NCBI GenBank assembly: GCA_049318985.1
Contig: JBMOEI010000031.1
Location: forward strand, 2,417-34,416
DNA length: 32,000 nt
Origin: Desulfuromonadaceae bacterium
GTDB taxonomy: Bacteria > Desulfobacterota > Desulfuromonadia > Geobacterales > Pseudopelobacteraceae
Direction of reading: 5' to 3'
This document shows positions 29,569-32,000 of the stretch, piece by piece. The notes beneath the pieces were generated by a model that saw only the letters and a program-made list of their open reading frames with translations, ran no database searches and was not told where the DNA came from. The translations under genes were made by a program, and so were the position numbers. Position 1 is the first letter of the stretch; the number at the start of each line of letters is the position of its first letter.

Positions 29569-30384
29569 TCACTTCCTCTGTTCAGTTTTTGTAGCCGGAG
29601 CAGTAAGCAGGGCGGTCAGAGAATGTGCCCCGGTTTCTCTCTGGATCTGCTCGATCAAATATTCGAGACTGGCATTACCGTAAACCGTATGGTGCTCCGT
29701 AATGCTGACGTTTTTGGAGTCGCCTTCACTCAGGGCGGCATCATCTGCTTTTAGTCCCTTGGCATAGACAACAGCAGGAACCCGGTCAATTCCGTACCGC
29801 CTGAACAGCAGTGGATCGATGGCAATTCCTACCGGCAATCTCTCGCACTCTTCCTCTGCAGGATTGCAGACAGGATCACGTTGCAACACAGAACCGATGA
29901 ACCTGATCGTCGGCTGAATCTTCGTCATGCCATCCACGAAGCCGCGCATGACCAGAGTGACATTGGGATCACCCAGACGTGCCACCGAAGCAGCATAGTT
30001 CCTGACCGTCTGCAGCGGCATGGCTGATGAGATGAACAGGTATACTCGTTCATCGTTACCGAGTTTTCCGTGTGATGCGGGAGTCTTGCTGTCAGGGTAG
30101 AACCTGACCGAAGCATCGCCGAAGAGCTCACCTTGTATCCGTTCCGTCTCGCTCTTCAGTCTCCCCTGGAATTCCGGGGACCGGTAGTAGGCGTTCATCT
30201 TCTCCGCGATTTTCGCCATTTCCACTTCGGAGTTGTTTGTCGGGATGGTGACAGTTTCTGCCATCTTGCTTGCCTTATCCAGACTGACTGCCACTTCCGG
30301 GATGCCAAACCGGGGATTGTCCCCGCGTACAACTGCGGGGATGACCAGGAGGACCAGTATTAATTGAGCGCATAGCCGACGCAA
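29569..30384 (-). CDS. F-type pilus assembly protein of the TrbC/TraW family (TrbC_Ftype domain)
   Basis: Signal peptide MRRLCAQLILVLLVIPAVVRG, then VYLFISSAMPLQTVRNYAASVARLG...VTLVMRGFVDG...IDPLLFRRYGIDRVPAVVY. Its position right after traU matches the F-plasmid order. Confidence 0.65.
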   Translation of the reverse strand: MRRLCAQLILVLLVIPAVVRGDNPRFGIPEVAVSLDKASKMAETVTIPTNNSEVEMAKIAEKMNAYYRSPEFQGRLKSETERIQGELFGDASVRFYPDSKTPASHGKLGNDERVYLFISSAMPLQTVRNYAASVARLGDPNVTLVMRGFVDGMTKIQPTIRFIGSVLQRDPVCNPAEEECERLPVGIAIDPLLFRRYGIDRVPAVVYAKGLKADDAALSEGDSKNVSITEHHTVYGNASLEYLIEQIQRETGAHSLTALLTAPATKTEQRK

Positions 30385-31388
30385 CAGACCCTCCTTCGTG
30401 TCAGTGACCAGAGAAAATTATCAGCCGACGTGGTAGTAGTCCCGAAAGGCGGGTTCTTTGCCGTTCCCCAGAGGAGTGACGGTCTGCCGATGGGGATACA
30501 GTCATTACCGCGCACCGGACGTGCAATCTGAAGCCGGTAGTTGCTTTTGACGAGAATTGGAGTCACGACTCCGGCGCTGGCACACTGATTGATGCCGGTA
30601 TCATAAAGGAGAGTTTCACGACCAAGCTTGAACAGCATCCGGGCCGCCAGCCCGGCATTGACGTTGAGTGGATTATTCTCAATCATGCTCCCTGACAGCG
30701 GATAGAATGAACCCCAACTCCCCATACACCAGAACAGGGGATCGATAGGATACGTCACGGTTGCCGCCACGCTGTCGGCAACGCACGCCAACTGCGAGAC
30801 CGGATTGCCGAACAGCAGCGCTTCCGGGTTGATGATGAATGACAGGCTGTCGTCGTTCCACATCGGATCAACTTCCGTCATGTAGGCCAGGTCGAACGCC
30901 CGGTTCTCCGCACAGGGAAAATCCATGAACAGCTTCAGGATCGACCAGGCCGGAAAGTAGTAATAATGGGCCTGCTGGAAAGCAAAGTCCGAATCGCCAT
31001 ACTCCTTGCTGCGGATTTCTCCGGAAGAAAAGCCCGGTTTCGGGTTGGTCATGCCGGTACCCATGACCGGGAAGCAGAAAGGATCCTTGACCGTTTCGAT
31101 CAGCCGGGCATGTTCCCAGAATGCGGTAGATACCCCAAGGATCAAAATCCCCTTGCTGTCCGGACAGGCACAGACCGGCGATGTGATAGTGCCGGGAGCC
31201 GGCTCCGCACCATTGCCGAAAGAGACACTCCCCATCTTCACCGGAAACATGCACTGCCAGCAGATGTCGGTCACCGGATTGAGCACCTTGCCCTTGCAGG
31301 CTCCGCCAGCCCCGTAAGCGAACGGAGCTGCCAGAAAGAGCATGACCAGCGTGATGATCGGGAAATTATTTCTCAGGTTCATCCTCAT
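30360..31388 (-). CDS. traU: F-type conjugal transfer pilus assembly protein TraU
   Basis: ORF-track 30360..31598, trimmed to MRMNLRNNFPIITLVMLFLAAPFAYG (signal peptide). Hallmark CKGKVLNPVTDICWQCMFPVKMG and further Cys-containing blocks (PVCACP, FCFP, FPCAE, WCMGSWG). Confidence 0.9.
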   Translation of the reverse strand: MRMNLRNNFPIITLVMLFLAAPFAYGAGGACKGKVLNPVTDICWQCMFPVKMGSVSFGNGAEPAPGTITSPVCACPDSKGILILGVSTAFWEHARLIETVKDPFCFPVMGTGMTNPKPGFSSGEIRSKEYGDSDFAFQQAHYYYFPAWSILKLFMDFPCAENRAFDLAYMTEVDPMWNDDSLSFIINPEALLFGNPVSQLACVADSVAATVTYPIDPLFWCMGSWGSFYPLSGSMIENNPLNVNAGLAARMLFKLGRETLLYDTGINQCASAGVVTPILVKSNYRLQIARPVRGNDCIPIGRPSLLWGTAKNPPFGTTTTSADNFLWSLTRRRVCCVGYALN

Positions 31389-31866
31389 ACCGCACCTTGA
31401 ATTCGGACCCTTCATCCGTAATGATGATGATCGACCCTTTACTTCCGGTCGAAAAGCGACCGACAGCACCTTTGCTATTGGTGGAGCTGTTGTTGGCCTT
31501 GAGCTGCTCCGGGTATATCTCGCCCCAGTCGCGGGCACGGAAGCGGCTCTGCATTGTAAGCATCTCTTCCATGAATTTCCCGTCGCTGCTGAAGTCATCC
31601 AGTACCCTGCGTGTCAACACGAATTGTTTACCGCGCTCGGTATCCGTTCCATTGGATACAGGTCTGGTGGCAGCCCTGCCGGCCATCGCCACCCAACTGA
31701 CTGGTGCCAGGATCGGCGCTGCTGTGGATGGCAAACGGGATGTTTCCTCTACCGTTGTCCATGTTTCATGGGAACACCCGACCATTAATACACAGAGAAG
31801 AAATACCGCGCCCCGGACTTTCGGCTGCACTTTAATTAGTCGGTCATTCCGCATACTGTTCCCCAT
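31366..31866 (-). CDS. Lipoprotein of the transfer operon
   Basis: ORF-track 31366..31992. An internal start at 31866 or 31854 gives a signal peptide plus lipobox (VFLLCVLMVGCSHE). The true start is uncertain because the frame is open almost to the window edge. Confidence 0.5.
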   Translation of the reverse strand: MGNSMRNDRLIKVQPKVRGAVFLLCVLMVGCSHETWTTVEETSRLPSTAAPILAPVSWVAMAGRAATRPVSNGTDTERGKQFVLTRRVLDDFSSDGKFMEEMLTMQSRFRARDWGEIYPEQLKANNSSTNSKGAVGRFSTGSKGSIIIITDEGSEFKVRYEDEPEK

Positions 31867-32000
31867 AACCGTTGTGACTGTGCCTGCGTGTATCTGTGCA
31901 GTTCGTTCCTTGTGTAAGGGATTTTGATCGATATGAATTTCCACATATTCAGCAAATCCACTGCCATCAGCTGTACTCAGGTATTTTTCCATGGCATATT

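Noticed and set aside
31389-31598. N-terminal 70 codons of ORF 30360..31598 (TraU)
   Set aside because: TraU homology and the signal peptide begin at MRMNLRNNF (31388). The upstream part overlaps the preceding lipoprotein gene.
1-32000. CRISPR arrays, tRNA/rRNA genes, integrase/transposase genes, att sites
   Set aside because: I saw no regularly spaced repeat-spacer array, no cloverleaf-like or rRNA-like sequence, and no recombinase motifs in any listed ORF. The element boundaries therefore cannot be defined from this window.

Overview
This window looks like the cargo/transfer junction of a conjugative element (ICE or plasmid) from a moderately GC-rich Gram-negative bacterium. The taxon cannot be fixed from the sequence alone. 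From about 7.3 kb onward nearly every gene is on the minus strand.
- Right end (23.9-32.0 kb): F-type mating-pair-formation genes. These are a lipoprotein, TraU, a TrbC/TraW-family protein, TrbI, an S26 TraF-like peptidase, a small 2-TM pilin-like protein, a polytopic membrane protein and a 1199-aa TraG.
- Centre (11.1-23.0 kb): a defence island built on one type I R-M system (hsdR 20578-22953, hsdM 14513-16048, hsdS 11354-12544) that is split twice. An AT-richer four-gene insert sits between hsdR and hsdM: an orphan 228-aa protein, a ThsB-type TIR protein, a SLOG-patatin fusion and a TIR-HATPase_c fusion. A translationally coupled AbiEi/AbiEii-like pair sits between hsdM and hsdS.
- Top candidate for an undescribed system: the TIR / SLOG-patatin / TIR-HATPase cassette. 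It has Thoeris logic (TIR signal generator plus SLOG sensor) but a phospholipase output and a second, GHKL-fused TIR.
- Left of the island: an IHF/HU-like gene, a Zn-phospholipase-C-like plus lipoprotein pair, and hipBA. Next is a GC-rich plus-strand block of element housekeeping genes (5'-truncated SNF2 helicase, Cys-rich protein, CHC2 zinc-finger protein, RadC, an unlisted 45-aa ORF) and a ParB-like gene.
- Extreme left: an AT-rich RiPP locus with two tandem unlisted Cys-containing precursor peptides sharing an MSYKKPVV leader, a terminator hairpin, and an RRE-radical-SAM maturase that runs off the window.
I recognised no rRNA, tRNA, CRISPR array, integrase or transposase.
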